A stretch of DNA of 64,000 nt from Octopus vulgaris (taxonomy: Eukaryota), in contig OX597824.1 in NCBI GenBank assembly GCA_951406725.2, positions 49,972,001-50,036,000 of the forward strand, written 5' to 3'. Position 1 is the first letter of the stretch, and each line of letters begins with the position of its first letter. The notes beneath the pieces were generated by a model. That model was not told where the DNA came from. It made no database searches and saw nothing but the letters and a program-made list of their open reading frames with translations. Both the position numbers and the translations under genes were made by a program. This document shows positions 25,054 through 37,980 of this stretch, piece after piece.

Positions 25054-26575
25054 TTGAACGTTTTTAGGTTGCGGCATTTCGTCGAGGGAAGGTCCTTTTA
25101 AAGATATAAAGTGTTAAAAACCCAATATATTTCAAAGCCAAGCGAAACGAATCTCCCTGGAAGTGAACGAGAACGACAGATATCGATATTTCGCCTGAGT
25201 TTGAAATATACTGTGTTTTTAACTCTTTACGTCTTTAAAAGGACCTTACTCGAACGAAACATTGCAGCTTAAGAGCGTTTAATAACACACATACTTTAAA
25301 TATGTAGCATTGATAATGTTTACATTATAGAGCTGCTTCTAAACACAGATTTTGAATTTTGTTTTACTTGTGCGTTACAGTTGCATATCAGCAGATAGAT
25401 TTTCGGCTGCCTGCATATATGTCAGGCCAGTGGTTCGAATTCGCGTCGAGAATGAATCGAGTATACAGCACCGATGAACAGAAATAACTGCGTACTATCG
25501 ACATCTGTCGTTCTCCTTTACGCCCCGGGCGGTTCGTTTTGCCCGACTTTGAAATGTACTGAGCTTTTTAAACACTTTCAGTCTTTAAAGGCACTTTCGC
25601 TGGGTAAAATACCGCAGCCTAAAAGATTTTAAAAGTACGCATACATTAAATATATGACATTGATAACACTGTGTGACAAAATTTTGACTTTTTTTGTCAT
25701 TGGTCAGTGAGTGTTATTTCCTATTTGCTTCTATCTAGTAACCGAAGGAAATGACTAGTGCTTCCTTCAAACTTTGCTTTTGTGACTTGGACATCAATGT
25801 TTTGAAGCTAACATTTTCCGTTACATTTCAGACGGAGTTGCTGAAGCAGAAATATCGTTATAGCAAATATTCTGCTCAATACCATAGATTTGCTGGTCAG
25901 CTCCTTGACCTAACCACTTGAGCATGTCCCTTAGTGGCTGACAATATGTGCATCTCTGGTGACAAGCAGAAGTAGTGGGGGAGCGTCATAAGCCATGTGT
26001 TGAGAGAGATTATTTGGGATTTGAATAAATGTAACAAAAGCAAAGTTTGAAGGAAATATAAGCCATTTTTCATACTTTCTAAGAAATAACAATTGCTACC
26101 CAAGTACAAAACTCGTGTTACACAGGGTAATATGCATATATGTATATATTTATGTATTTGTGTTAGATGGATGGACAAATAAAACGTAATTTCATGTGTT
26201 TATGCAGAGTTTTGGTGTGGCTTGGAAGGGATTACCCCTGTTTATATGTATTTGAATTACTCATGTATTTGTGTCAACGATCAAAACTCCAGGAACCGAT
26301 TATGTTCGTATACATAGACGTCACTCTACATTAGTTCTCTGAAGTTATTACTTTCTTTAATTAAAAATTTAAGTTTCTAACTTTTTTCTTAAGATCACAC
26401 ATGTTGGGCTGAGGACCACTTTATAGCAACTTATTTTATCAATAAGTATTAAAATGAGCACTTTCCGGATTTGAAATCAGATCGGAAAAGGTCCTAAACT
26501 TATATTGTAAGATTGCAAGATATTAAATCCGGCATTTCACAATTTCATTCACTCACCACATTATCTTTAACTAAT

Positions 26576-26675
<100 letters not shown>

Positions 26676-26785
26676 ACTATTTTAGAATAATTATTGATAC
26701 AGTCAATATCTGAATAAAGATTAACTTAATTATACAAAAAATATTATAAAAACAGAATGACCTTATAGAAGGAATTTCTCCCCCA

Positions 26786-26822
<37 letters not shown>

Positions 26823-27470
26823 CCTTGTTGTGCGTGTCTCTCCAGTCAAAGCTAAGACTAGATCAATGAAAATAACGAGAGTACTGACTCATGTGTATAA
26901 AAACAGTAAACAAATTATTTGCTGATGCACGTTGATCTCTTCTAAACTGGTAATAATTCATGAAAGACATTCAGAACAGCGAGAAACCAAGCAATAACAT
27001 ATCTATCTATTCTCAATATGGTCTGGCTTATCCGAACATAAATATGCTGATCGTTGTTGCTTTTCGTTATCGAAGAGCACCTCCGTTTAGGCGATATATG
27101 CTAGTAACACATACAATTCATACAATTTATATAAGCGGGCTTCTGTTGTGAGACTTTATTGTCAAGTTTTGAATGTGTGTGAGAGCTAAATGACAGCAAG
27201 TCAATGAGGTGGAGTGTCTACGGGATTGTTCGATCTGCTGAAAATAGCTATCAAATATACCTCAAATTACAGCTAGAGTTTTAATAGAACGGAAATATGT
27301 ATATTGGATAATTAATAATACACTATGGCTGAAAATTTAACGGTGGTAGTCACGACTGGAACGCAGTCGATCATGTGTGCGCTCGATCGGAGGCGACATG
27401 GAAATAAACATCAACAAGAACAAAAACAAGAACGACAAGAACAAGAACAACAACAACAACAGCAGTAGCG

Positions 27471-27518
<48 letters not shown>

Positions 27519-28499
27519 CGGCGGAGAGGGTATTGCCAAGGAATATTTACTCTAAAGACAAATTATTTTCCCGCTACATGCAAACAGTCGTATATTATCG
27601 ACTGTATCAATAACCAATGAAGATGCAGCGATCTGTGACGTGTTAGGGCGGTGACAATCGAAGCGTCAGACCGATGTTATTTAGAAAGTAGTTCCTGTTG
27701 GTGATTTTTTGTTGGTTATTTTTGGTTTGTCTGTTTATGATTTGCTATGTTTGTGCGTTGTTTTTTTTGTATGTATTTGTTGAGTGTTGTTTGTTTTTGT
27801 TTTGGTTTAGTTTTAATTGCTTTCTCAGTCAGATGGAAGAGGATTGTAAATATATAAATATAAAACAAAACAACTCAAATGAGTCAGATGTCGGTGTGTG
27901 ATATGATGGTGATATGTCTATATGTGATATGTGAGCGTGTGATATGGTGTGGATATATTATGTGTAATGTGTTTATATGTGATATGGTTGTGTGTAATAT
28001 AATGGTGATATGTTAGCGTGTGATACATGGGATATATTATGTATATATGATATATTAGTATATGATACGATCGATATATATTTATATGTGACACAATGGT
28101 GATAGGTTAGTATGTGATATTATGATATGATAGTGATATAATTTCTGTTATATGATAGTATGTGTGACATGCTGATGTGCTGTGAAGTGAAGCAGGGTCT
28201 AATGTTGGAAGGGGGGGACACGTTCTTGCCCCTATTCTCGCTTGGATTCCTAAAATGTTTTGTCGTATACATCGGTAGTAATAGAGGTAGCAGGAATATC
28301 ACTAATAGCAGCAAATACTACCAACTAGAACAATACCAGTTACAACAACAATATTCGCCTCAATGGCATTAGTATCAACAACTACCACCGTACCTCTAAC
28401 TGTTCCACCATTTACATCAATACATACAAATATAAATGCATTCATACATACATTCATGCATACACAAACATACATACATATATACCTCCCATACAACCC

Positions 28500-29321
28500 C
28501 AAAGCATACGAACTAATATATCTCAAAGAAGACCTGGATGTGAAACGCTCAGTATACCGAAAAAAAAATTATTCATGGGTATGTTACTCGAAGACTTGGA
28601 GAAAATAGTAATATCGACACGAAGCGAAGCCTTTCTTGCACCCGTGACCGCTACATCACATCATACTTCGAAGGTTATGCATTTACTGTCCAAGAATTGG
28701 AGATTGCTAAAAATACATAAACGATAGAGTCAGTGAAGCACTTGGAGCTCCAAGGTACAACCGAAAATGTAGGTTATGTCATACTTCTGTGGAAGACATC
28801 ACACATGTGATTAGCATCTGCCCCAAAATATCAAGGAACCACCTCTCCATGCGACATGGCGTTGTCATAAAATCAATATACAATGCTATCCAGTAAAAAA
28901 AGACTGCCCTGGAATAAATATAGAGAATCCCACTGTCGCTGAATCCGTACACAACCATCAACGCAAAAAGCTCTGGTGGAACATTCCCATCAAAACATCT
29001 GTCAAGTGTAAATATAACAAGCCGGATATTGTTGTTTGGGATGGACAAGAAAACGTATGTACTGTTATAGCAGTCAGCGGTCCTGCTGATGTGAATGTCT
29101 CTTTGAAAATTAAAAAGAAAGCGGATAACTGTGGACAACTACTCCGAAGCCTCCAGCTTCTATATTCCGATTATTTATACCAATAATAATTGATACACTT
29201 GGTTTTGTGAGTTAATGGATAAGCTAGGTTTTTCAGAAAAACATATCAACCAACTTGCACATTACAAATATAACCTAGAGCAGTAAAAATATGCAAGTCT
29301 TTTCTAAATTTTAAAATGTGA
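28500..29321 (+). pseudogene. Decayed R4/Dong-like RLE non-LTR element: zinc knuckle and restriction-like endonuclease
   Basis: HGYV...FEGYAFTVQE...KCRLCHTSVEDITHVISICPK...RHGVV (CCHC) and WWNIPIKTSVKCKYNKPDIVVWD...PADVNV...IPIII; ends VKICKSFLNFKM*. Confidence 0.87.
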
Positions 29322-29449
29322 CATTAGTATTGTCGTCTACATTCCAACGATGGAGTTTCGTATCTTTGTTAGAAGTCAGCTCCTTCTTCACAGCAAGAAT
29401 TTAAACGAATATAAACAGAAAAGAACATATATACATACGCGTATAAAAA

Positions 29450-29520
<71 letters not shown>

Positions 29521-29545
29521 ACATGTTCCTTTTCACAAGGAAAAG

Positions 29546-29700
29546 CTTGACAATGACTTCGAAGTTTAATCTGATGATGGACAGTAGTAAACCGAAACTT
29601 CAAAATCATCCTCAATCTTTTCTTTGTAAAAATTAACAAATATGCACTCTACTAAAAATATTGAATGATCTTTCAATTTAGTGTGAAATTGCTTTATACA
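29546..29700 (+). ncRNA. Decayed hammerhead-bearing repeat with short 5' inversion
   Basis: CTGATGA-tgg...cc-GAAAC-ttcaaa-ATC; the inverted copy just upstream and the relative at 36563-36597 read GAAAC-ttcgaa-GTC. Confidence 0.6.
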
Positions 29701-29741
29701 GAACTTTATATAAAAACGAGCATTGTCACCTATATATAACT

Positions 29742-29772
<31 letters not shown>

Positions 29773-29849
29773 GAGAAGAAATGGAGCAACAATTAACAAT
29801 TAGAAGTTGATCATTGATATTGAATGGTAATAGTTTAATTACAGTTAAA

Positions 29850-29937
29850 ATAACATTTACAGCTGTTTCAGTTTGTTATTTTTGAGCTAAGTTTGCATTT
29901 ATCTCGTTCCATGTAACAAACATCGTCAGAATGATAT
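29850..29937 (-). ncRNA. Type I minimal hammerhead ribozyme, intact core
   Basis: atatcatt-CTGACGA-t gtttgtta...taacaaac t-GAAA-c agct g-TA-aatgttat. Confidence 0.8.
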
Positions 29938-31081
29938 GAACGCATACATATATATGGTATTTACTAAATCACAAACCCAGCTTGTGTAAGTGTGGGGACT
30001 TGATAATTGCGTCAATTCTCAATTATATTCCTCTCCTTTTACTTTATGTGTAGCGCCCTTTTTTATAGGCTCATCAGCTGGTTTAGTATTTCATCAAGTT
30101 TGGACATGGTCTGTTACCACTCCAAATATGAAATAAGCTCTTCTTAAATACAACCATCATGTCGTTTCCAAATACCATCGTTACAACAGATTATAACGAA
30201 TGACAATAGAAAAAATACAATAGTCTTAAAAGTTTAATATTTTCTGTTTTTGATTGTATGGTTACAAATTTACCACTATATTTTTTAATATTTATATCTA
30301 CATACAAAATTTGTTACATTTTTTAACGGTAAAACGTTCCCATTAGCATCTTTTAAATGTACGTTCTTTCATAAATATATATATATATACGTATGTGTAT
30401 TGTTTTCTTAAAAAGTAGAAATTGTTATTTTTTTTAGTGTCATTATATATGTATTTATGAACAGTTTCTATTGTCAATATCTTATTTTCCATTTTTTTCT
30501 TTCGTATATTTCCTTATTAGACTTACATCTCTCTAAGTAAAGTGTTATTATTGATCAAAATGGGATACGTTCCATTCAATTAAGATTCAAGTTGCTAAGA
30601 GCTATTGAAAATGTATAGATATTTCTCATTCCCCTACCTCTTATTAATAGAATTTTATAAGCATCTAGGTCTGGTAATACCTTATTCTGCTAATGGTAAG
30701 GAGTATTTCGCGCATCACTTACTTAGTTTGAAGAAGTTCTGTCACGATCGGAGTCCATCTGACTTGATCGAAAATAGCCTCTGCTTGTGCCCTTATCTCA
30801 CAGACATTTCGTGACTGAAAACTTTTTACAAATATTCTAAATACTCGATCCACTTTCCATTTTCTGTCATTCTCTTACTACGTTCTCCCTCCAAGCTCAT
30901 CTTTCTATAGCTTTTAGAAATCTGAAATCTACTGTGTAGTAAGTATCTTGCTTCCCAACCACATGGTTCCAAGTTCAGACCCACTGCGTATCACCTAGGG
31001 AAAGTACCTTCTACTAAAGCCTTGAACCGACCAAAGCATTGTGAGTAGATTTGGTAGGTGGAAACTGAAAGACTACCCTCG

Positions 31082-31188
<107 letters not shown>

Positions 31189-31513
31189 ATAACTTACTTG
31201 GGACGTTCTTTATGTTGCTTGTCTTGTTTTCCATTTGTTTCTTTCGTTGTTCGCAAAAAAAATGTTCGCATTCCATGTTTTCGTATTTCATGTTGTTTAT
31301 GTTCTATGACGTCCTGTACCCATATATGCATAAGTATATGCATATATGTATGTACATATATGTATGTATGTATGTGTGTATGCATGTATGTATATATATA
31401 TCACTGTGACCGACCAGGCTATCAGATGTTACTACACATCGCTAGTCACAATGCGCTTCACATTGTTTTAGACTTCAAATGATGTATATATATATATGTA
31501 TGTATGTATTATG

Positions 31514-31543
<30 letters not shown>

Positions 31544-31544
<1 letters not shown>

Positions 31545-31941
31545 CTGTAAATATAATATGTGACAATTTTTCGGTAGCCATAATAAAGCTCCGAGTTTCG
31601 GATGTCGGGGCGGAACCCCATGCCGGCATGTCTTCAGTTATCGGGTCATCGAAAAAATTGCTATGAAAATGACCGTTAAACAAAGGGAAAATACTGTACG
31701 GTTGACCGTTATTAAAACAAAAGAGTTATTAGAATGACCGATAAGTAAGGGGAGGGAATAAAGGTAAGGGAGTAAAAATGTTCATAGTAATCGTGTAAGA
31801 GCGCATGTTTATACATACACATCTGAAACTCGGAGTTTTATCATGGCTACCGAATAATTGTCACATATTATATTTACAGATAAATTCCTCTATTTACATA
31901 ATATCGAGGTCTCCATTCTTTTGTTGTCTTGCCATTTCTAT

Positions 31942-31945
<4 letters not shown>
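31544..31945. mobile_element. Inverted pair of Penelope-like pLTR fragments between (TA)n tracts
   Basis: 31544-31710 (-) and 31820-31945 (+) are diverged homologues of 12301-12520; HHR with CTGAAGA at 31582-31642 (-). Confidence 0.82.
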
Positions 31946-32008
<63 letters not shown>

Positions 32009-32011
<3 letters not shown>

Positions 32012-32331
32012 CAGCGTGGAAGGTGTTTATAAGCCATTTAAGAAACACACAAAAGCCGTTCGATTCACTTCAACATTTAAGTTTAATTTGTCAAAATATT
32101 TTCGTCGCTAAAATCCGCGACCTGTTCACTGACAAAAATCCGTGCTGAGATGCAGCACGGATTTTTGTCAGTGAACAGGTCGCGGATGACAAATTAAACT
32201 TAAATGTTGAAGTAAATCGAACGGCTTTTGTGTGTTTCTTAAATGGCTTATAAACACCTTCCACGTTGCAATTGTTTTCGTTTCAGCACACGATCTCAGA
32301 TCAAATTACTTGCTATGCGAGTACATCTCCG
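32009..32331. mobile_element. Fold-back insert in (TA)n carrying a variant hammerhead
   Basis: Arms 32009-32147 and 32153-32271 are reverse complements around agatg; another copy at 34436-34596. Confidence 0.88.
32087..32136 (-). ncRNA. Hammerhead-like motif with G3-C8 swapped core
   Basis: tttgtca-GTGAACA-g gtcgc ggatttta gcgac-GAAA-atat-TT-tgacaaa; 7-bp stem I, 5-bp stem II, palindromic stem III. Confidence 0.7.
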
Positions 32332-32376
32332 TATATATATATATATATATATATATATCAATATATATATACTCTT

Positions 32377-32412
<36 letters not shown>

Positions 32413-32464
32413 AAGAGATGACACCAGGTTCCATGTTATTAGTCTCGCAGTGTCTAAGCAATAT

Positions 32465-32620
32465 AAGGCGGTGAGCTGGCTGAAACGTTAGCACACTGGG
32501 CGAAATGCGTAGCCGTATTTTGTCTGCCGTTACGTTCTGAGTTCAAATTTCGACTTTGCCTTTCATCCTTTCGGAGTCGATAAATTAAGTACCAGTTGCC
32601 TTGTACCTAGAGCAGAAAAG
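32465..32620 (+). mobile_element. SINE family B, internally deleted
   Basis: taaggcggtgagctggctgaaacgttagcac...gagttcaaatt, homologous to 37759-37980. Confidence 0.82.
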
Positions 32621-32632
32621 AATGTCTAAGCA

Positions 32633-32675
<43 letters not shown>

Positions 32676-33865
32676 GAGTCTTTGTGTCTGTGTTTTCCCC
32701 CACCGCATCTTGACAATAGGTCTTGGTGTGCTTTAAAAGAAAATAAGTACTGGGGTCGATTAGACTAAAATTCTTCAAGATGATGCCCCAGCATGGCTGC
32801 AGTCTAATGAATGAAACAAGTAAAAAATAAAAGATACTTTGTGAGAAACGTAGTATCTACAGCCGCAAATGAGAATTTCATCTAAGCCAACAGAACTCCT
32901 ACTCCACAAATATTAACGTACTATATAGTAATGTAATTCCGGCGGAGCTAGCATTATCACAGAAAAGCAATTGCAGTCGTTTTAGATTTCTTTTCAGTGG
33001 TATATAATATAAATAGATAGAATACCATTCATATATATATATATAATCTTCAATCTTCCATAGACTATACATATATAGTTTTATGAATCCAGTTATATAA
33101 TAAATCTATTTCTGTTTGAACATCTCTCCATTTTTTATACTTGTTTATGGTATATTCTTATACCTATAACGAATCTCCTCAAATATTATTTTCATACTCC
33201 TATTACTCGTTTTGGCTGTTTTTCATGAATATGATGAATCCTTATCAGAAATCACCTTTTCTCTCTTTTTGGATCCCACAAAAAGTTTGAATTGTTCTTT
33301 TTGAACTTACCATTTTTCATATATATATATATATATATATAAAACTTTATAAATACAAGGGTAAAAATGATGAAATAATAATGAGTCAGAAGACAAATAT
33401 TTTAAAATATAATGGTGTTTGAAACATACACAGAGAGAAAACCACCACGTGCATTTCTTACATGCTAAAATGGCAGTCAAAGCCTAAAGCCACGTAAAAA
33501 CATTCTTATATTAAAGCACGTTGTTTGTACGCAAGCAAGACATTTAAGTGAATATATTTTTTAGTTAACTTTAAACTCATCAGTTTCACTATTAATGACC
33601 AAATAAATCAACTAATTAAATAATTAATTGATTAATTAATCATCCGTAGCTGGTCAGTAAGGTCGCTATAAAATGTATAAATATGAGACTACAATACGTA
33701 CCGAAAATATAAAGTAAATACGTGCGCATTCAATCCCATGTTTATACACCAAGCATTCATCTCATACACTATTATATTTTAAAATACTTATCTTTCTGAC
33801 TATTATTACGCATGATGAGAACTGGTAAGAAATTAATAATTTCCATTCTTGTATTTATAAAGTTT

Positions 33866-34125
33866 GGAGGCGCGTGGCTAGTGGTTAGGGTGTCAGCACC
33901 ATGACCGTAATATTGTGGTTTCGATTCCTGGATCGGACGACGCGTTGTGTTCTTGAGCAAAACACTTCATTTCACGTTGCTCTAGTCCACTCAGCTGGCA
34001 AAATTGAGTAACGCTGCGATAGACTGGCGTCCCGTCCAGCTGGGAAACACATACGCCATAGAAACCGGGAAACCTGGCCCATGAACCTGGCTAGGCTTTA
34101 AAAAGGGCGCATTTATTTTTTATTT
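33866..34125 (+). mobile_element. tRNA-derived SINE family C
   Basis: ggaggcgcgtggctagtggttagg...ggtttcgattcc head; relatives at 38062, 40846, 44086, 45881 and 51590. Confidence 0.82.
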
Positions 34126-34435
34126 TTATTTATAAAGTTAAATATTCAAATTCTTAGGTCGGATAATATACGTTTGAATTTATTAACTGCTATACTACTC
34201 TGGCTTCGCACATTGATTTGAGGGCATTCGACGTGAATCAGCGCTTGGCAACCGATGTTGGTGTGTTTACGTCCCCGTAACTTAGCGGTTCGGAAAAAGA
34301 GACCGATAGAATAAGTACTGAGCTTACAAAGAATAAGTCCCAGAGTCGATTTGTTCTACTAAAAGCGTTACTCCAGTCAAATGACTGAAACAACTAAAGT
34401 AATAAAATCAAAATAATAAAAGAATATATATATAT

Positions 34436-34596
34436 TATTTTGTCAGTGAACAGTTTGTCAGTTTTGTCAGTGACAGGTCGCGATCTCAAAGCGACGAAAA
34501 TATTTTGACAAATTAAATTTAAATGTTGAAGTGAATCTAACGGTTTTTGTGTGTTTCTTAAATGGCTTATAAACACCCTCCACGCTGCAATTGTTT
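34436..34596 (+). mobile_element. Second copy of the G3-C8 hammerhead-bearing repeat
   Basis: Matches 32161-32277; stuttered 5' end (tttgtcag three times); flanked by (TA)n. Confidence 0.85.
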
Positions 34597-34968
34597 ATAT
34601 ATATATATATATAAACACGCGCGCCCGTCAGAATTTTGTCCACCAAATTACATTCAAAATCATTGGTAAATGCGAAGTTCTTATAGAAAGCATTTGATCA
34701 ACGTGCCGCGCAGTGGGATCGAATGCAGAACCACGTGCCTTCGAAGCGAAATCTTAGTCCCGTGGATATAGCAATTTATGTGTGTATGTGTGTGTGTATA
34801 AAAAAATGAAATATAGATTAATAGAGAGGGAAGGATGAAAGAGAGAAAAAGGGGAGTGAATTAGAGAGAGATAACGAACGAACAAGCGAGCGCAAGAGAG
34901 AGAGGGAGAGAGAGAGAGAGAAAGAAGTATAGAGAGATTGACATAGATAGAGAGACGTATACACACAC

Positions 34969-35027
<59 letters not shown>

Positions 35028-35520
35028 TATATATAGAGAGATTCAAAATTTAGAGATTGATGAATAGAAAAATACGTGGTGGATTGTCTTGTGGAAAATA
35101 AACAGAAAGAATTAAGGAATTTAGCCAATGACGTCGATTTAAGAACAGTTTTAGCAAATAAGGGTTTGTAGGACCTTCTGTTAATTGCAAGACTATGTGT
35201 GCTTACGCATCCATGATGTTTAGTGCATGGGTGAAATTATTGGTGCAGCAAAAGTTAAAGAGAGGGCGGCCGTGATTGTGATTGCATCTGTCAGCTGGTG
35301 TTTTTACGATGTTTACACAGGAAGAGGCAAAGCGGGCAGTTCTGGCTGGCTTTGGATGTTCGGTTCTCGCAGTGTGAGCATGACACGGATGATATATTTG
35401 TACAGGGAAGTGTGTGTGTGTGGTTAATGGGTGGGTGTAACGATGACATGATCCGTTGACTACCAACCATACTTTTCCCATTGATGACATCAACAGCAAG
35501 TTTAGTATCCCCTCTCCCCC

Positions 35521-35551
<31 letters not shown>

Positions 35552-35693
35552 CTTCTTTCTATTCATCTTCCATCATCATCATCATTGACGTCGTCGTCGA
35601 GCCGTCGTCGTCGAGCCGTCGTCGTCATAGTCATGGCGTTGTCGTGATCACCATAATTAACATCGTCATCATCGTCATCATCGTCATCATCAT

Positions 35694-35746
<53 letters not shown>

Positions 35747-36467
35747 GCAGTAATTGCGGCAGCAGTTATAGCAGATCAGCAACATCATCATTAACAGCAG
35801 CAACAGAAGAGTTAGCAATTGTAGTAGCTGTTTCGTTAGGAGCAGACTGGCAGCAAGCAGGCTGTTAAACCTGCCTTTCTCATTCAGGCGTAGGGAGGAG
35901 AGACTCGATGGATGCAAAATAAGCAGCAGACAAATGTGGGGCGAGAAAATGGGAGGAGAAAGAGGAGAAGGAGAGAGAGAGAGAGAGAGCGCGGGAGAGA
36001 GGAAAAGAGAGCGAGAGTGAGAGGAAAAGAGAGCGAGAGAGAGAGAAAGAGAGCGATGGGACACAGTATAGAGTAATGAGGGTGGAAGGAATTGTGTGTA
36101 TGTGTGTGTGTGTGTGTGTGTTGGGTAAAGTAAGACAATACGAGGTAGGAACCTACGGCGTTAATTATATTTGCCCAGCTCTTCGCTTCGGCACTGTTTC
36201 ATTTTCAGGCACGCATTATGGCTCTACTGCGATCCTTTAGGGAGTTGACAGCAGTGAAAGCAACACCGGTAATTCTAGCTACAACAACTAGAACAACAAA
36301 AAACAACAGCAACAACAACAACAGCAGGAAAAGAAACAATGACAACATGAACAGCAATAAAAAAAAGCAGCAAAGAATTATAACAGCCATATTTAACCTA
36401 TCTACTGCATAGCCGTCTTTCCCTGCTTTCACTATGAAAGAAATCGCTTTTTAATATATTTTCAAAT

Positions 36468-36525
<58 letters not shown>

Positions 36526-36706
36526 AGTCTGTCTGTCTCTATGTCAGTGTTTTTGTCTGCCCATGACGATGGTTTAGCTGGTCGAAACTTCGAAGTCACT
36601 GTCAAAAATATTGTATAAGAATAATAAATTTGTACTTTACAAAAGTATAGAATAACCCATCAGATTAATGTAAAATTGTGTGTATTATAATTGAACATAG
36701 AAACAC

Positions 36707-36778
<72 letters not shown>

Positions 36779-37758
36779 GTCTGCTGTCTGTCTGTCTGTC
36801 TGCTTATCCGTCTCTCTGCATGTCAATCTGTCTGCCTGTCTATCACAGAAACAAATGGAAGATCGGAGTGCAGTGTTGAACAATGCAGGAACGTAGAATA
36901 ACGAAAAAGGGAGATCACAAGTTAGTCAAATTAATAGAAATTGGGCAATACTCAAGACAGAGTATTGGATGAAATAGATGGAACAGTGAGATAGCGTGAA
37001 TTGTAGGTATAAATTATATATATTGAGCTGTTAGATAGATTGAGTAGGGATGTATAGGAGCAAGTAAAATAGTCTGAGCAATGAAATAGATTGATCAAAC
37101 AAACGCCAAAGCGATTAGTGTTGATCTGCATAGGCAAAACTTGTATTCTTTAGTTAAATCAACGAAAAGAATACAGTGAACTTACTGTCCGGAGTGGGAA
37201 ATTCAACACTTCGGACAGGATCATTCTTCCAGGAAAAGTTGATGTGAGAGAAATTAATGGGAGACGGCAGAGTGTGACATGCTCCAATTTAGAAAAACTG
37301 CCAGAAGAACACTGTCTGAAACGTTAAATTTTCCACTTCCCACGGTATCGATTTTATCGATTTTACTAAGAGATATTTAATGGGGAGGAGGATAAATCGA
37401 GCTGTTAGCTAGATTGAGAATGGCTATATAATGGCGAGTAAAATAGCTTGAGAATATTCTACATTTAGTAGTGGGATAAAAGCAGTGGCAAAAAATGTAA
37501 TATGGGGTAAGACTGCGGAATATAAGCTAAAATGAACATTCGTTGAAATACTCTGGATAAAATGAATCATAAAATGAATGTTGGAAAAAATGAAGAGTGT
37601 AACAGTCGGAGGAACGAAATAATTGTATAATAGGACAGCATGAACATAGTAACTTTCTATATAATAAACGCCAAACTTTCCTATCTCGTATTGTTCTACT
37701 CTACTCAATTCACACACTTATCAATCTTTCCCCATCTTTACTAAATACTGTGTCGTTC

Positions 37759-37980
37759 TAAGGCGGCGAGCAGGCAGAAACGTTAGCACGCCGGGCGAAA
37801 TGCTTAGCGGTATTTCGTCTGCCGCTACGTTGTGAGTTCAAATTCCGCCGAGGTCGACTATGCCTTTCATTCTTTCGCGGTTGATAAATTAAGTACCAGT
37901 TGCGTAGTAGGGTCGATCTAATCGACAGGTCCCCTCACCCAAAATTTCGAGCTTTGTGCCTAGAGTAGAAAAGAAAAGAA
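37759..37980 (+). mobile_element. SINE family B, full length
   Basis: tRNA-like head with gagttcaaattcc B-box; flanked by direct repeat aaatactgtgtcgttct (37743-37759 and 37978-37994). Confidence 0.88.

Larger units (their letters stand above)
23790..25365. mobile_element. Old long fold-back element split by younger insertions
   Basis: 23794-23872 joined to 25062-25150 is the diverged reverse complement of ~25190-25362; a third arm copy lies at ~25530-25670. Confidence 0.7.

Noticed and set aside
30045-30082. CTGATGA plus short stem on the minus strand
   Set aside because: GAAA is replaced by GCTA and there is no stem I.
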